Shown here: positions 40,790 through 50,030 of the stretch, in pieces
How positions within the stretch are numbered: the first letter of the stretch is position 1
Layout: each line of letters starts with the position of its first letter
Origin: Escherichia phage UoN_LG358_1
Strand: one strand, 5' to 3'
Length of the DNA stretch: 64,000 bases
Sequence record: OK570374
The notes under the pieces: model-generated
The model's database searches: none
Seen by the model: only the letters and a program-made list of their open reading frames with translations
What the model was told of the DNA's origin: nothing
Translations under genes and position numbers: made by a program

Positions 40790-41920
40790 TTATTCGTATT
40801 CTTTTGGAATGAACGTTTTGTGGTTCTTCATGAACAGTTCATTGACCTTCTTGATAGTTGTATCATAGTCCATGTTGTCATTGAACATCAACATCAAAAT
40901 TGTAAACAAGAACGGTAAACGTTCAGCATCAGCCAGTCTCTTTGCCTCGCCTGCGTATGTTTTACGGTCTAAACCACGAAGTTTTTGATACGACGTAGAG
41001 ATAAACGACAATGAACGGCGCAGATAATCAAGATAAACTTCTTCGAACTTATTAATTTTCTTTAAAGAATAAGCATCGTTAGAAAAAAGTCCTTTGAGGT
41101 CATCAGAAGCGTTATTCACAATAACTTCAAATAGTCTATCATTTTTTGTGATAGAGTCCTTGGTGTGATGTAAAGCTGTGTACCAATCAGTCTTTAACTT
41201 AAATCGAAGACCATTGTCCATCACAAAAACATAACCTTCAATCCCTTCCATTGCTTTAATATCGGATACAAAATCTCCTTCCGGAATTTCATACGACTCT
41301 ACCAAATACTGACGAAGAACAGGGTCTTTAGCGATTTCGTTGTATGGAACATAAGCTCCAGTATCGTTTTCCCGGATATTCAAAAGAATAAGGTCTTTTT
41401 TCTGATAAGCGAGAACAATACGATTTTCAGGAGATACGTATTCAAAGTTAGCTGTAAAACCATCACGAGCTAGTTCAAGAAGTCTCCACAACAACGCTTC
41501 ATGAGTAATGCTAGTAAGCATAGCAGAAGACAAATAAGCTTGTTCAGATTTAAGCGAAGACTTTGATTTAAAGCGAAGAATATTGCCATCCAAATAGCTT
41601 GACACCAAAGAACCATCTTCTTTCTTCATCATATGAACCGCGTTAGAAAGATCGAGGTTCATTGTAAATGGAGTTTCATTTAAATTAAAGAATTTTTCCA
41701 TTGGTCTAGAAGCAATTCTTACTGGTACTCCGTCAATCATTTCAAACATAATGCCTCGACACTCTAAAGCATCTGGAAGCAACCAATCTGAATATGAAGC
41801 ATAGTTATAACTAAAAATTCTGTACTTTAGCCCAGACGGAGAAATATCATCACGATAAAAGAATCGTGATTCGTCCGTATCATTACATAAATTCATCAAA
41901 TTGTTGAATAGCTCTTTCAT
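40790..41920 (-). CDS. rnlA: RNA ligase 1
   Basis: 376 aa; KEDGSL adenylylation motif; translation matches remembered T4 Rnl1. Confidence 0.9.
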   Translation of the reverse strand: MKELFNNLMNLCNDTDESRFFYRDDISPSGLKYRIFSYNYASYSDWLLPDALECRGIMFEMIDGVPVRIASRPMEKFFNLNETPFTMNLDLSNAVHMMKKEDGSLVSSYLDGNILRFKSKSSLKSEQAYLSSAMLTSITHEALLWRLLELARDGFTANFEYVSPENRIVLAYQKKDLILLNIRENDTGAYVPYNEIAKDPVLRQYLVESYEIPEGDFVSDIKAMEGIEGYVFVMDNGLRFKLKTDWYTALHHTKDSITKNDRLFEVIVNNASDDLKGLFSNDAYSLKKINKFEEVYLDYLRRSLSFISTSYQKLRGLDRKTYAGEAKRLADAERLPFLFTILMLMFNDNMDYDTTIKKVNELFMKNHKTFIPKEYE

Positions 41921-42330
41921 GGTTTAGCCTTGTGTTGAGTGTTCCATGGAGGATTAAATCTTTTAATAAACATAGGTTCTTCAAGAGACATCGTCTCTAC
42001 CGACATTGTACCAAGCTCATTGGTCATGCTCAAGTTAAAGCATTGACGAGCCCAGAATTCAACTTTTTTACCTTCCATTAAAGCTTCTAAAATCTTTGCT
42101 GATTTTACGGAATCTGAAGTCTGGTCTTTTCTGTTTATAGCAGTACGATAATAATTTATACGCTTACGAAGATTTTTTGTTTTTCCAATATAAACAAGTT
42201 CATCATCAACAGCAATTGCATAAACTACATTCTTCTTATTGGGAACCTCTATAGTTTTAATAGAGGCATCTTCTAGTAATTCAAGCTCAGCGTATTTTAT
42301 AAATGAAAATTCATTAGCAATATCTTTCAT
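41917..42330 (-). CDS. denA: endonuclease II (GIY-YIG)
   Basis: Start taken at ATG 42330 (137 aa; T4 DenA is 136); GIY-YIG core VYAIAV..LVYIGKT..RINYY; track start is an upstream TTG. Confidence 0.75.
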   Translation of the reverse strand: MKDIANEFSFIKYAELELLEDASIKTIEVPNKKNVVYAIAVDDELVYIGKTKNLRKRINYYRTAINRKDQTSDSVKSAKILEALMEGKKVEFWARQCFNLSMTNELGTMSVETMSLEEPMFIKRFNPPWNTQHKAKP

Positions 42331-42333
42331 ATT

Positions 42334-42355
42334 AAAAAAGGGGCCGAAGCCCTTT
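42334..42355 (-). terminator. terminator after nrdB, abutting denA start
   Basis: GGGC-cgaa-GCCC plus flanking pairs; minus-strand UUUUUU runs straight into the denA ATG. Confidence 0.6.
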
Positions 42356-42358
42356 ACC

Positions 42359-43537
42359 TTAGAAATATTTTTTGAAACCAATAATTACATTGTCGTCAAC
42401 GTCGCTGTCGATTTGAGCTACTAAGTAACTTGAAATTTCAACTTCCTGTGGAGCAGATTGTACCGCATCTGAGTTTAAGTATTCACGAATCCATGGAATT
42501 GGATGACGAGTAGGAGCATCGACTATTGGACATGGAAGACCACAACTACGCATACGAGAAACTGTCAAATAGTCAACAAAATCATGCAGAATTTTTACAT
42601 TCAGACCTGGCAACCCGCCATCTTTGAACAAGTGAATAGCCCATTCTTTTTCTTGACGGTTGATTTCCATAAAAATATCAACCGCTTCTTGTTCGCATTC
42701 ACGAGTAATCTGAACCCATTCGTCCCCATCTGCGCCTTGTTGAAGCTGACGAATAATATATTGAGTACCCTTAAGATGCAACTGTTCATCACGAGCGATG
42801 AACTTCATAATCTTGGAGTTGCCTTCCATTATTTCCATATTCTTATGGAAGTTAAAGGTACAAGCAAAACTCACATAAAAACGAATTGCTTCAAGACCAT
42901 TGATGACATGCAAACACAAATAAAGCGCTTTCATTAAGTCATGCTTGCATTGGTCTACGTAATCTTTAGCAGCTTGAACGAATTCTTCGTCATGGTCAGT
43001 GCCTTCATAAAACTCTAAATCAGCTTTAGAATTTTCCCAGTAACGAGTTTTACGAATAACATCATCATAGTAACGGCCAATTGATTCAGCTCGAGCCATA
43101 ATAGCATCATCTAAAACAATTTCATCAAAAATTTTGGCCGGGTCCGCAAACAGGTTACGCATAATATGCGTGTAAGAACGAGAGTGAATCGTTTCAGAGA
43201 AAGTCCAAGTCTGGTTCCAAGTATCTAATGACGGGTCAGAAATCAAAGCAGAAAGAACTGCAGCAGGTGCCCGTCCTTGAATACTGTCTAAAAGAGACTG
43301 ATATTTCAAGTTGTTAATAAAAATATTTTTTTGATGCTCTGGGAGTTTATCAAATTGAGCTCTGTCAGTCATCAAGTTAACTTCTTCTGGGCGCCAGAAA
43401 AATGAGAGCTGCTTTTCAATCAGTTCTTCAAATGTACGGTGACGCTGAATATCATACCGTGCTAAACCAAGACCGCTTCCGAAGAACATCGGTTCATTCA
43501 AAACATTAACTGGTTGTGTATTAAAAACTGTACTCAT
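42359..43537 (-). CDS. nrdB: ribonucleotide reductase small subunit
   Basis: 392 aa, uninterrupted; position; hairpin terminator after stop. Confidence 0.95.
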   Translation of the reverse strand: MSTVFNTQPVNVLNEPMFFGSGLGLARYDIQRHRTFEELIEKQLSFFWRPEEVNLMTDRAQFDKLPEHQKNIFINNLKYQSLLDSIQGRAPAAVLSALISDPSLDTWNQTWTFSETIHSRSYTHIMRNLFADPAKIFDEIVLDDAIMARAESIGRYYDDVIRKTRYWENSKADLEFYEGTDHDEEFVQAAKDYVDQCKHDLMKALYLCLHVINGLEAIRFYVSFACTFNFHKNMEIMEGNSKIMKFIARDEQLHLKGTQYIIRQLQQGADGDEWVQITRECEQEAVDIFMEINRQEKEWAIHLFKDGGLPGLNVKILHDFVDYLTVSRMRSCGLPCPIVDAPTRHPIPWIREYLNSDAVQSAPQEVEISSYLVAQIDSDVDDNVIIGFKKYF

Positions 43538-44262
43538 TTATTCACCTTTGCTCTTCCTCTTATCCATCCTTCAGGAATAGTTTCAGAGGATTCAATTAAT
43601 TTATTCTTAAACCCGTCGTTTATACAAATTTTACCACGGGCTCCTTTATAATTTCGTGGTTTTATTTTATCAAAATTAGGAGTAAGCGAATACGACCATC
43701 TGAATCCGTAAGCATACTGGAAATGGCCTTCAGCGCAATATTTGATATTAGAACCGTTCCCATTAACTGATTTAGCAGCTTCGGATATAGAAGGAAATGT
43801 CTCTATGAAATTACCGTCTAAATCAAATTTGTGTATAGTTACAGAAACTTCTTCTGCCCTTTTAATTAATGGTAATTTAATCTTTTCTAAAGAATCTTTA
43901 GAGTGCTTTTTGCCAAGCATTCCCTTGGGGTGTGGGTTATTAGCTAAATATTCTTTCATATATTTAGAGGATTCTTCGGAAAATCTCTCTCGGTGCCAAG
44001 CATATAATCTATTATTAATTCTATTTCCGGATTTATCGGTGCACATTAAAGTGATAGCACATAATAAACCGTATGTTTTATGAATTTTATAAAGCAACTG
44101 ATGCGCAATAAAGTGTTCTCTTGCGCTCAATGCCACTAAGTTATCTTTATCATCTGAACCACCCATGCATCGGGGAATGATGTGGTGATTTTCGGTATAG
44201 CCGATGAAAGGAGAGGCTTTTCGCCTCTCCATTAAGCTATCATATATTCTTTGATAGTTCAT
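43534..44262 (-). CDS. mobE: HNH homing endonuclease (MobE-like)
   Basis: 242 aa; ENHHIIPRCMGGSDDKDNLVALSAREHFIAH; sits between nrdA and nrdB as T4 mobE does. Confidence 0.8.
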   Translation of the reverse strand: MNYQRIYDSLMERRKASPFIGYTENHHIIPRCMGGSDDKDNLVALSAREHFIAHQLLYKIHKTYGLLCAITLMCTDKSGNRINNRLYAWHRERFSEESSKYMKEYLANNPHPKGMLGKKHSKDSLEKIKLPLIKRAEEVSVTIHKFDLDGNFIETFPSISEAAKSVNGNGSNIKYCAEGHFQYAYGFRWSYSLTPNFDKIKPRNYKGARGKICINDGFKNKLIESSETIPEGWIRGRAKVNK

Positions 44263-46517
44263 TATAATTTACAAGCTGCACAGTCATCTGCTTTTGGTTG
44301 CTCAACTTCATAGTCATCTGTGCCAGAACCATCTCTAGTGTTATGATAATAGAGACTTTTTCCGCCAAAATACCAGAAGTAAAGTAGGTCATCAAGCATC
44401 ACGCTCATTGGTACTTTACCCTTTTCATAATTCTGAGGGTCATAGTAAGTATTAGCGGAAGCGCTTTGACACAAGAACTTGGTCATGATAGCAACTTGAG
44501 TTAGGTAAGGTTTGTTACCCTGTTTAGCCAATTTCCACGCATAATCATAAAGGTCTATGTTGTGCTCAATATTGGGCACGACTTGATTAAAGGAACCCTC
44601 TTTTGACTCTTTAACAGAGACTGGTCCACGCGGAGGTTCGATACCGTTTGTACTATTTGATACTTGGCTGCTTGACTCGCATGGCATGAGTGCAGATAAG
44701 GTGCTATTACGGATGCCGTAGTTAACCAAGTCTTTCCGCAGGCTCTCCCAGTCACACACATAATTGGGCGCTGCGATTTGGTCAATCTTTTTATTGTACC
44801 AGTCGATAGGTAATTCGCCTCTAGACCAACGAGTTTCTGAATAATATTCGCAAGGTCCTTTTTCTTTGGCGAGTTTAATTGAGGCTTTAATAAGTGCATA
44901 TTGTAATCTCTCAAATAATTCATGAGTTAAATCATTTGCGTCGGCATATGATGCAAAATTATCAGCCAACCAAGCAGCGTAGTTTGTAACACCTACACCT
45001 AATGCCCGCCGCTTCTTAGCTTTCAATGCTTCTTTTACAGGATAACCTTGATAGTCCAATAAATTATCTAAAGCACGAACTTGAACTTCTGCAAGTTCTT
45101 CAATCTTGTCTTGGTCCTGCCAGTCAAAATTACCCAACACAAATGCAGCTAATGTGCACAACGCAATTTCAGGGTCATCACTACCAACGTCTTTGGTCGG
45201 TAAAGCAATTTCTAAACAAAGATTACTCTGTTTAATTGGCGATGTTTCACGAATGAACGGAGTATAACGGTTCATATTATCAGTGAACGCTGGATACACT
45301 CGAGCCGTGCCAGAACGTTCTGTCATGAACAATTCAAACAATTCAAGAGCTTTGATGCGTTTCTTGCGAATAATTGGATTTTTTTCTAGTTCTTCATACA
45401 ATTCACGGAATTTATCTTCATCCCGGAAATAAGAATCGAACAATTCGCCATTAGCCACATCTGGACTGAACAGTGTGATGTACCCATTTTTACCGAGACG
45501 TTCCATCATCAAATCATTGATTTGCAGACCATAGTCTAGATGACGAATACGGTTTTCATCTACGCCTTTGTTGTTCTTTAATACCAACAGGTTTTCAACC
45601 TCAAGATGCCACATTGGATAATAAAGAGTAGCTGCACCACCACGTACACCGCCTTGAGAACAAGATTTTACTGCAGTCTGAAAATGTTTCCAGAAAGGAA
45701 TTACGCCAGTATGTTTTACTTCGCCATTACCAATTTTTGAGCCTTCAGCTCGAATCATACCGGCGTTGATGCCGATACCAGCTCGCTTGCTGATATACTT
45801 AATAATACTGTTACTTGCCGCATTAATAGAATTCAGTGAATCGCCAGCTTCAATAACTACACAAGAACTAAACTGACGAGTAGGAGTACGAGCCCCTGCC
45901 ATAATCGGTGTAGGCAATGAAATCTGTCGAGTAGATACAGCGTCATAAAAGCGAATAATATGAGCCAGACGATTTTCTGGTTCTTCTTGGTGTAGTGCCA
46001 TACCAATTAGCATGAATGCAAATTGAGGTGTCTCGTAAATTTTACCAGTTGAACGGTCTTTAACCAGATATTTTTCTTTGAGCTGCATCGCCCCAGCGTA
46101 AGTTAAATCAAAATCACGTTCGTGTTTGATTTTTGATTCCAAGAAAGTGATTTCTTCAGCTGAATACTTGGAGAGTAATTCTGAATCATATTTACCCTCA
46201 TTAACACAATAAGAAATGTGGTCAATAAAAGACGGCGGTTCGAATTGCCCGTACACTTCTTTGCGTAATGCGAACATAGCCAGGTTAGAAGCAACATATT
46301 GATAATCCGGTTCTTCTTTTGAAATGGAGTTTGCAGCTACTTTAATAGCAGCTTGTTGAATATCCTTAGTGCTGATTCCATCTTGGATATGGCTTTTAAT
46401 ACGCTCATATAATTCATATGGGTCAATTGAAGTACCTTCAGCGGCCCATACTAAAATCTTTTGAAGTTTGGATGGAATAAATTCCTGTTTAATTCCCGAT
46501 GATTTTACTACTTGCAT
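44262..46517 (-). CDS. nrdA: ribonucleotide reductase large subunit
   Basis: 751 aa (T4 NrdA about 754); position. Confidence 0.95.
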   Translation of the reverse strand: MQVVKSSGIKQEFIPSKLQKILVWAAEGTSIDPYELYERIKSHIQDGISTKDIQQAAIKVAANSISKEEPDYQYVASNLAMFALRKEVYGQFEPPSFIDHISYCVNEGKYDSELLSKYSAEEITFLESKIKHERDFDLTYAGAMQLKEKYLVKDRSTGKIYETPQFAFMLIGMALHQEEPENRLAHIIRFYDAVSTRQISLPTPIMAGARTPTRQFSSCVVIEAGDSLNSINAASNSIIKYISKRAGIGINAGMIRAEGSKIGNGEVKHTGVIPFWKHFQTAVKSCSQGGVRGGAATLYYPMWHLEVENLLVLKNNKGVDENRIRHLDYGLQINDLMMERLGKNGYITLFSPDVANGELFDSYFRDEDKFRELYEELEKNPIIRKKRIKALELFELFMTERSGTARVYPAFTDNMNRYTPFIRETSPIKQSNLCLEIALPTKDVGSDDPEIALCTLAAFVLGNFDWQDQDKIEELAEVQVRALDNLLDYQGYPVKEALKAKKRRALGVGVTNYAAWLADNFASYADANDLTHELFERLQYALIKASIKLAKEKGPCEYYSETRWSRGELPIDWYNKKIDQIAAPNYVCDWESLRKDLVNYGIRNSTLSALMPCESSSQVSNSTNGIEPPRGPVSVKESKEGSFNQVVPNIEHNIDLYDYAWKLAKQGNKPYLTQVAIMTKFLCQSASANTYYDPQNYEKGKVPMSVMLDDLLYFWYFGGKSLYYHNTRDGSGTDDYEVEQPKADDCAACKL

Positions 46518-46588
46518 TTTATATCCTTAGTTATCAGATAATTTATTTTATCATCAAAGACTTTTAGCTTATCGTTTCCTCAAAGACT

Positions 46589-46611
46589 AAAATGGCAGCC
46601 CGAAGGCTGCC
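46589..46611 (-). terminator. hairpin upstream of nrdA
   Basis: GGCAGCC-cgaa-GGCTGCC; short minus-strand U-run. Confidence 0.45.
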
Positions 46612-46631
46612 TGTAGTGTTATATTTATTAT

Positions 46632-46820
46632 TTAAGCTTCTATTAATACAACAACTTTAACTGGACTTCTGTTCATATCAATACTCAGAAATATTGATTG
46701 GATAATATAAAAATATCCATTAATCATTATTTGACCGCCTTCTTTCAATTCGCGACCAATATCACTTTCAGTTTCGGCAAATACTTTATCACCATGCTCT
46801 GATGTAAATTTAATAAGCAT
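46632..46820 (-). CDS. hypothetical protein
   Basis: 62-aa ORF with GAGGAA RBS between td and nrdA. Confidence 0.4.
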   Translation of the reverse strand: MLIKFTSEHGDKVFAETESDIGRELKEGGQIMINGYFYIIQSIFLSIDMNRSPVKVVVLIEA

Positions 46821-46829
46821 AATATTCCT

Positions 46830-46907
46830 CTATAGAAACAGATTCAACGAAATAATTATAATAAGAAAAATGATAAGCGCAATAGTTAGTTTGTTCATAG
46901 CAGTCAT
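46830..46907 (-). CDS. putative 25-aa hydrophobic peptide
   Basis: Not in track; MTAMNKLTIALIIFLIIIISLNLFL; ATG overlaps td stop (ATGA). Confidence 0.25.
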   Translation of the reverse strand: MTAMNKLTIALIIFLIIIISLNLFL

Positions 46908-47215
46908 ACGGCCATTTTTCCTTTAATTACTGGGTGGCTTTCATAGTTTTTAAGAATAAAGTCGTTTATCTTCATATGAGTACAAACCCAATATAACTGC
47001 ATTTCAGTATCCCAATCTTCAAAACTATCTGGAAAATTAATTTCCAGTTCGCATAACTCTTTTGGCTCTCTGCAAAGAATTTCTTTACACTGTTCTGTAT
47101 GGTTCAAATATATGTGGGTATTGCCGCCAGTAAATACTAGATGCCCTGGTTTTAACCCAGTCATTTTAGCTATGATATGAATTAAAGCTCCGTAAGACGC
47201 GATATTAAATGGTAG
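46904..47215 (-). CDS. td: thymidylate synthase, exon 2
   Basis: Begins LPFNIASYGAL.., continuing the ..QRSVDVFLG end of exon 1 (ThyA FLGLPFNIASY junction). Confidence 0.9.
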   Translation of the reverse strand, partial: LPFNIASYGALIHIIAKMTGLKPGHLVFTGGNTHIYLNHTEQCKEILCREPKELCELEINFPDSFEDWDTEMQLYWVCTHMKINDFILKNYESHPVIKGKMAV

Positions 47216-48227
47216 CATTGTGTTCAGCTGAGGACGTTAATCTCAGCCCGGAATTTATCCAGCTGCATGTCACCATGCAGAGCAGACTATATCTTCATCT
47301 CAATGAGATGTCTATCGTTTCGAGCCACTTGGCCCTACTCCCTAAAGGGATAGTCGTTCGGCATTTAGCAATAAAACCAGTTCCATTTATCAGATTTTAC
47401 ACGGTATGTAACTAAGCCTGAAGAAATCTCAAAATGTCTAGCAGCATCTGCGGCGCATTCAAAAATAATACCATCACATGAAATTTTCTTAATATTAGAT
47501 GGCTTTCTGCCCTTTGCCTTGTTAGACAATATTTCTCGTGTTTCTTTTGAATGTTCTTTACCGAAGAACGGATTACTTTGTCCTGAACGGTCTCTACAAT
47601 TTGAACAAGTTTTAAATGCTGGGCTTATTCTTTTCCCGCACTTGCAAAACTTATGTTTTTCTGGGTTCCACCGTCCATTTAATTCACCTGGTTTACCATA
47701 AATTACTTTACGTCCATCAATACCAAGTTTTTCCATCTTAGCTTTAACAGTAGCAGCTCGCTTTTTTATAATTTCTTTCTTTAATGGATAATTAGTAAAA
47801 ACATCTCCAAAAGAAGCATCTGCGATGTTATAACCATTTTGTTTTGAATTTAGTGTTTTAATCCAGAAATTTTCTCGTTCAATAATTATATCTTTTTCGT
47901 ATGGAACTTCTTCCAATACAGAACATTCAAATACATTACCATGTTTATTATAAGACCGTTGGAGTTTTATAGAATGATGTGCATTATTAGATAAATCGGA
48001 AAAATGACGTTTCCATCTTTTATCAAAATCCTTTGCACTTCCAACATAAATCTTATTGTTTAAAACATTTTTAATTTGATAAATTCCACTTTTCATAAAC
48101 ACCTCTAAATTATAGAAGTATTTATTAAAGGGCGGTCCTACACATTTAGCACGGGATTGTCTACGAGAGAGGTTCCCCGTTTAGATAGATTACAAGTATA
48201 AGTCACCTTATACCCAGGCCTAAATTA
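47216..48227 (-). mobile_element. group I self-splicing intron in td, carrying a homing endonuclease gene
   Basis: Intron 5' end reads TAATTTAGGCCTGGGTATAAGGTGACTTATACTTGTAATCTATCTAAACGGGG on the minus strand, matching the remembered T4 td intron; 3' end ..ATG before CTACCATTTAAT; about 1012 nt. Confidence 0.9.
47365..48096 (-). CDS. I-TevI: intron-encoded GIY-YIG homing endonuclease I-TevI-like
   Basis: Start at ATG 48096 (MKSGIYQIKN..KIYVGSA GIY-YIG); track ORF begins at an upstream GTG; C-terminal ..VTYRVKSDKWNWFY. Confidence 0.9.
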   Translation of the reverse strand: MKSGIYQIKNVLNNKIYVGSAKDFDKRWKRHFSDLSNNAHHSIKLQRSYNKHGNVFECSVLEEVPYEKDIIIERENFWIKTLNSKQNGYNIADASFGDVFTNYPLKKEIIKKRAATVKAKMEKLGIDGRKVIYGKPGELNGRWNPEKHKFCKCGKRISPAFKTCSNCRDRSGQSNPFFGKEHSKETREILSNKAKGRKPSNIKKISCDGIIFECAADAARHFEISSGLVTYRVKSDKWNWFYC

Positions 48228-48776
48228 ACCCAAGAAAACATCGACACTGCGTTGATACCACTGGAGGTCCAGAAACCCATTTCTTACGTTAAATTGATAT
48301 ACCATATGGCATGGTGGAAGCGCCATCTTAGAGAGCTCTAGAGGGTTCCAAGCTGTCACAATCTGCCTTCGGTCTGCCGGCATTTCTTTTATTCTATCAA
48401 TGACTAACTTCAATTGGTCCACGCCCATGAAATCACGCCATTGTTTACCATAAACCGGTCCTAGTTCACCGTCAGTATAACCCATCGAAACAGCTTGATT
48501 TTCATAATTATCATCCCAGACGGTTTTCCCTTCTGTTCGAGAACCATGTTGAATTTCGCGGAGGTCATCTACATTTGTTGAGCCAGATAAGAACCACAGC
48601 AATTCAGCAATGCACGATTTCCACGCGAGTTTCTTTGTTGTTACTGCGGGAAATCCTTCTTGTAAATCAAACCGAAGCTGAGTGCCAAATACAGCAATTG
48701 TTCCCGTGCCCGTACGATCATCAGTCTCATAGCCTTCGTCAAAAATGTGTTGAATTAGTTCTTGATATTGTTTCAT
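48228..48776 (-). CDS. td: thymidylate synthase, exon 1
   Basis: 183 codons ending ..DVFLG; stop codon of the track ORF is the first intron triplet; PPCH active-site motif. Confidence 0.9.
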
Positions 48777-49123
48777 TGTTTTCCAACTTTAAAGAGAATT
48801 TCAGCGCCTTTCTTTTCAAAACGTCCTTGCATCCAAAGGAGACCATTTTCAACTTTCATATAACCAAGATTAATATAGTCCAACATTTGACGATTACTGA
48901 AAAACGCTTTAAATGTTCCATGGTTAGAACGTACATATATACCATTAGTGCACGCAGAGTGGATATTCTCCAACGGCGCCCTAACCTCATAAAACCCGTG
49001 AGGAATAGTAACATATTTCTCTGGATTTCGTTTAAACTGGTCAATCGTAGGGGCCATTCCATCGATAACCAAAGCCCAGTTCTTTTGCTTCTCTTCAACA
49101 ATTAAATCTAATTTAGCAGTCAT
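48773..49123 (-). CDS. hypothetical protein inserted between frd and td
   Basis: 116-aa ORF; stop overlaps td start (ATGA); 12 nt after frd stop. Confidence 0.5.
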   Translation of the reverse strand: MTAKLDLIVEEKQKNWALVIDGMAPTIDQFKRNPEKYVTIPHGFYEVRAPLENIHSACTNGIYVRSNHGTFKAFFSNRQMLDYINLGYMKVENGLLWMQGRFEKKGAEILFKVGKQ

Positions 49124-49135
49124 ATTATTTCCAGT

Positions 49136-49729
49136 TTAAATTTTTACATAAACATCTTCTGAAATATTAGTAAGTTCGTCAATATTATACCAATGAGTCT
49201 CAACAAGTTCCATATCTTCACTGATATTCCATATAAAATCTGCTGAGAGTTTAATATCAGAATTTACACGGTGTTTTTTGCGAATAGTTGTGCATATAAT
49301 TTTATCTGCGTAAATTCTTGAATGCTCAATAATATGTGCGCCACCAATAACAGAATAATTGGCATCATCGCGTTGAATAAAACAATTATACCCAAAATCA
49401 TGCCCAGAAACTTGAACTTTATTACCTTCTAAAAATTGTTGAAACTGTGTTTCATTAATATAGAGCTCGGCAGTTTGTCCTGATTTAGTTTTTGCATAAG
49501 GACGAGAAAAATCTTGCACTACAATATGAGAACGTCCATGAAGTTTTCCTCTTAAGCTCATAAATGTTTTTGCACCCATAATAAGAACAGTATCTTTAGT
49601 TCTGGAAGCAAAATTTTGCATGTCTTGCTTGATATGTCCCCATGGAAGACCAGTGTTTAACCCAAACGCAAATTCATTTTTATTGTCGACAGTTTTAGTA
49701 GGGCAATACGCAAAAATTAACTGAATCAT
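49136..49729 (-). CDS. frd: dihydrofolate reductase
   Basis: 197 aa (T4 Frd 193); position upstream of td. Confidence 0.9.
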   Translation of the reverse strand: MIQLIFAYCPTKTVDNKNEFAFGLNTGLPWGHIKQDMQNFASRTKDTVLIMGAKTFMSLRGKLHGRSHIVVQDFSRPYAKTKSGQTAELYINETQFQQFLEGNKVQVSGHDFGYNCFIQRDDANYSVIGGAHIIEHSRIYADKIICTTIRKKHRVNSDIKLSADFIWNISEDMELVETHWYNIDELTNISEDVYVKI

Positions 49730-49824
49730 TATCCTTGCCTCATTTTACAATTAGGACAAATTCCACCTGCGAACAAAAGTCCGCTGCCGCAATATTTACA
49801 CTCCCAGTCGGTTAAAATTTTCAT
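49729..49824 (-). CDS. putative 31-aa zinc-ribbon peptide
   Basis: Not in track; MKILTDWECKYCGSGLLFAGGICPNCKMRQG with two CxxC pairs; AGGAA RBS; ATGA and TAATG overlaps with neighbours. Confidence 0.3.
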   Translation of the reverse strand: MKILTDWECKYCGSGLLFAGGICPNCKMRQG

Positions 49825-50030
49825 CTTAAGTTCCTAATACGTTCACGGATGATATTCAAAAACTGCCGTGTCATTTCGATGTTAGCTTCTCGCCATAAGA
49901 AGTTACTATTCATATCATTATATTCCGCGGTCACATTGTCGTTAAGCTCACATAATGCACACAATTTGCCGTGTTTTACTGCATCAGAAATTGCTTTATC
50001 AAACTCTTCTTTTGACATTGTAATTTGCAT
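49821..50030 (-). CDS. hypothetical protein
   Basis: 69-aa ORF. Confidence 0.4.
   Translation of the reverse strand: MQITMSKEEFDKAISDAVKHGKLCALCELNDNVTAEYNDMNSNFLWREANIEMTRQFLNIIRERIRNLR

Noticed and set aside
42331-42381. Upstream TTG start for denA giving 154 aa
   Set aside because: The extension would be translated through the nrdB terminator hairpin and overlap nrdB; the ATG at 42330 gives the T4-like 137-aa product.
48575-49105. 176-aa plus-strand ORF across td exon 1 and the frd-td insert
   Set aside because: Antisense to a colinear, translationally coupled minus-strand operon; no start context.
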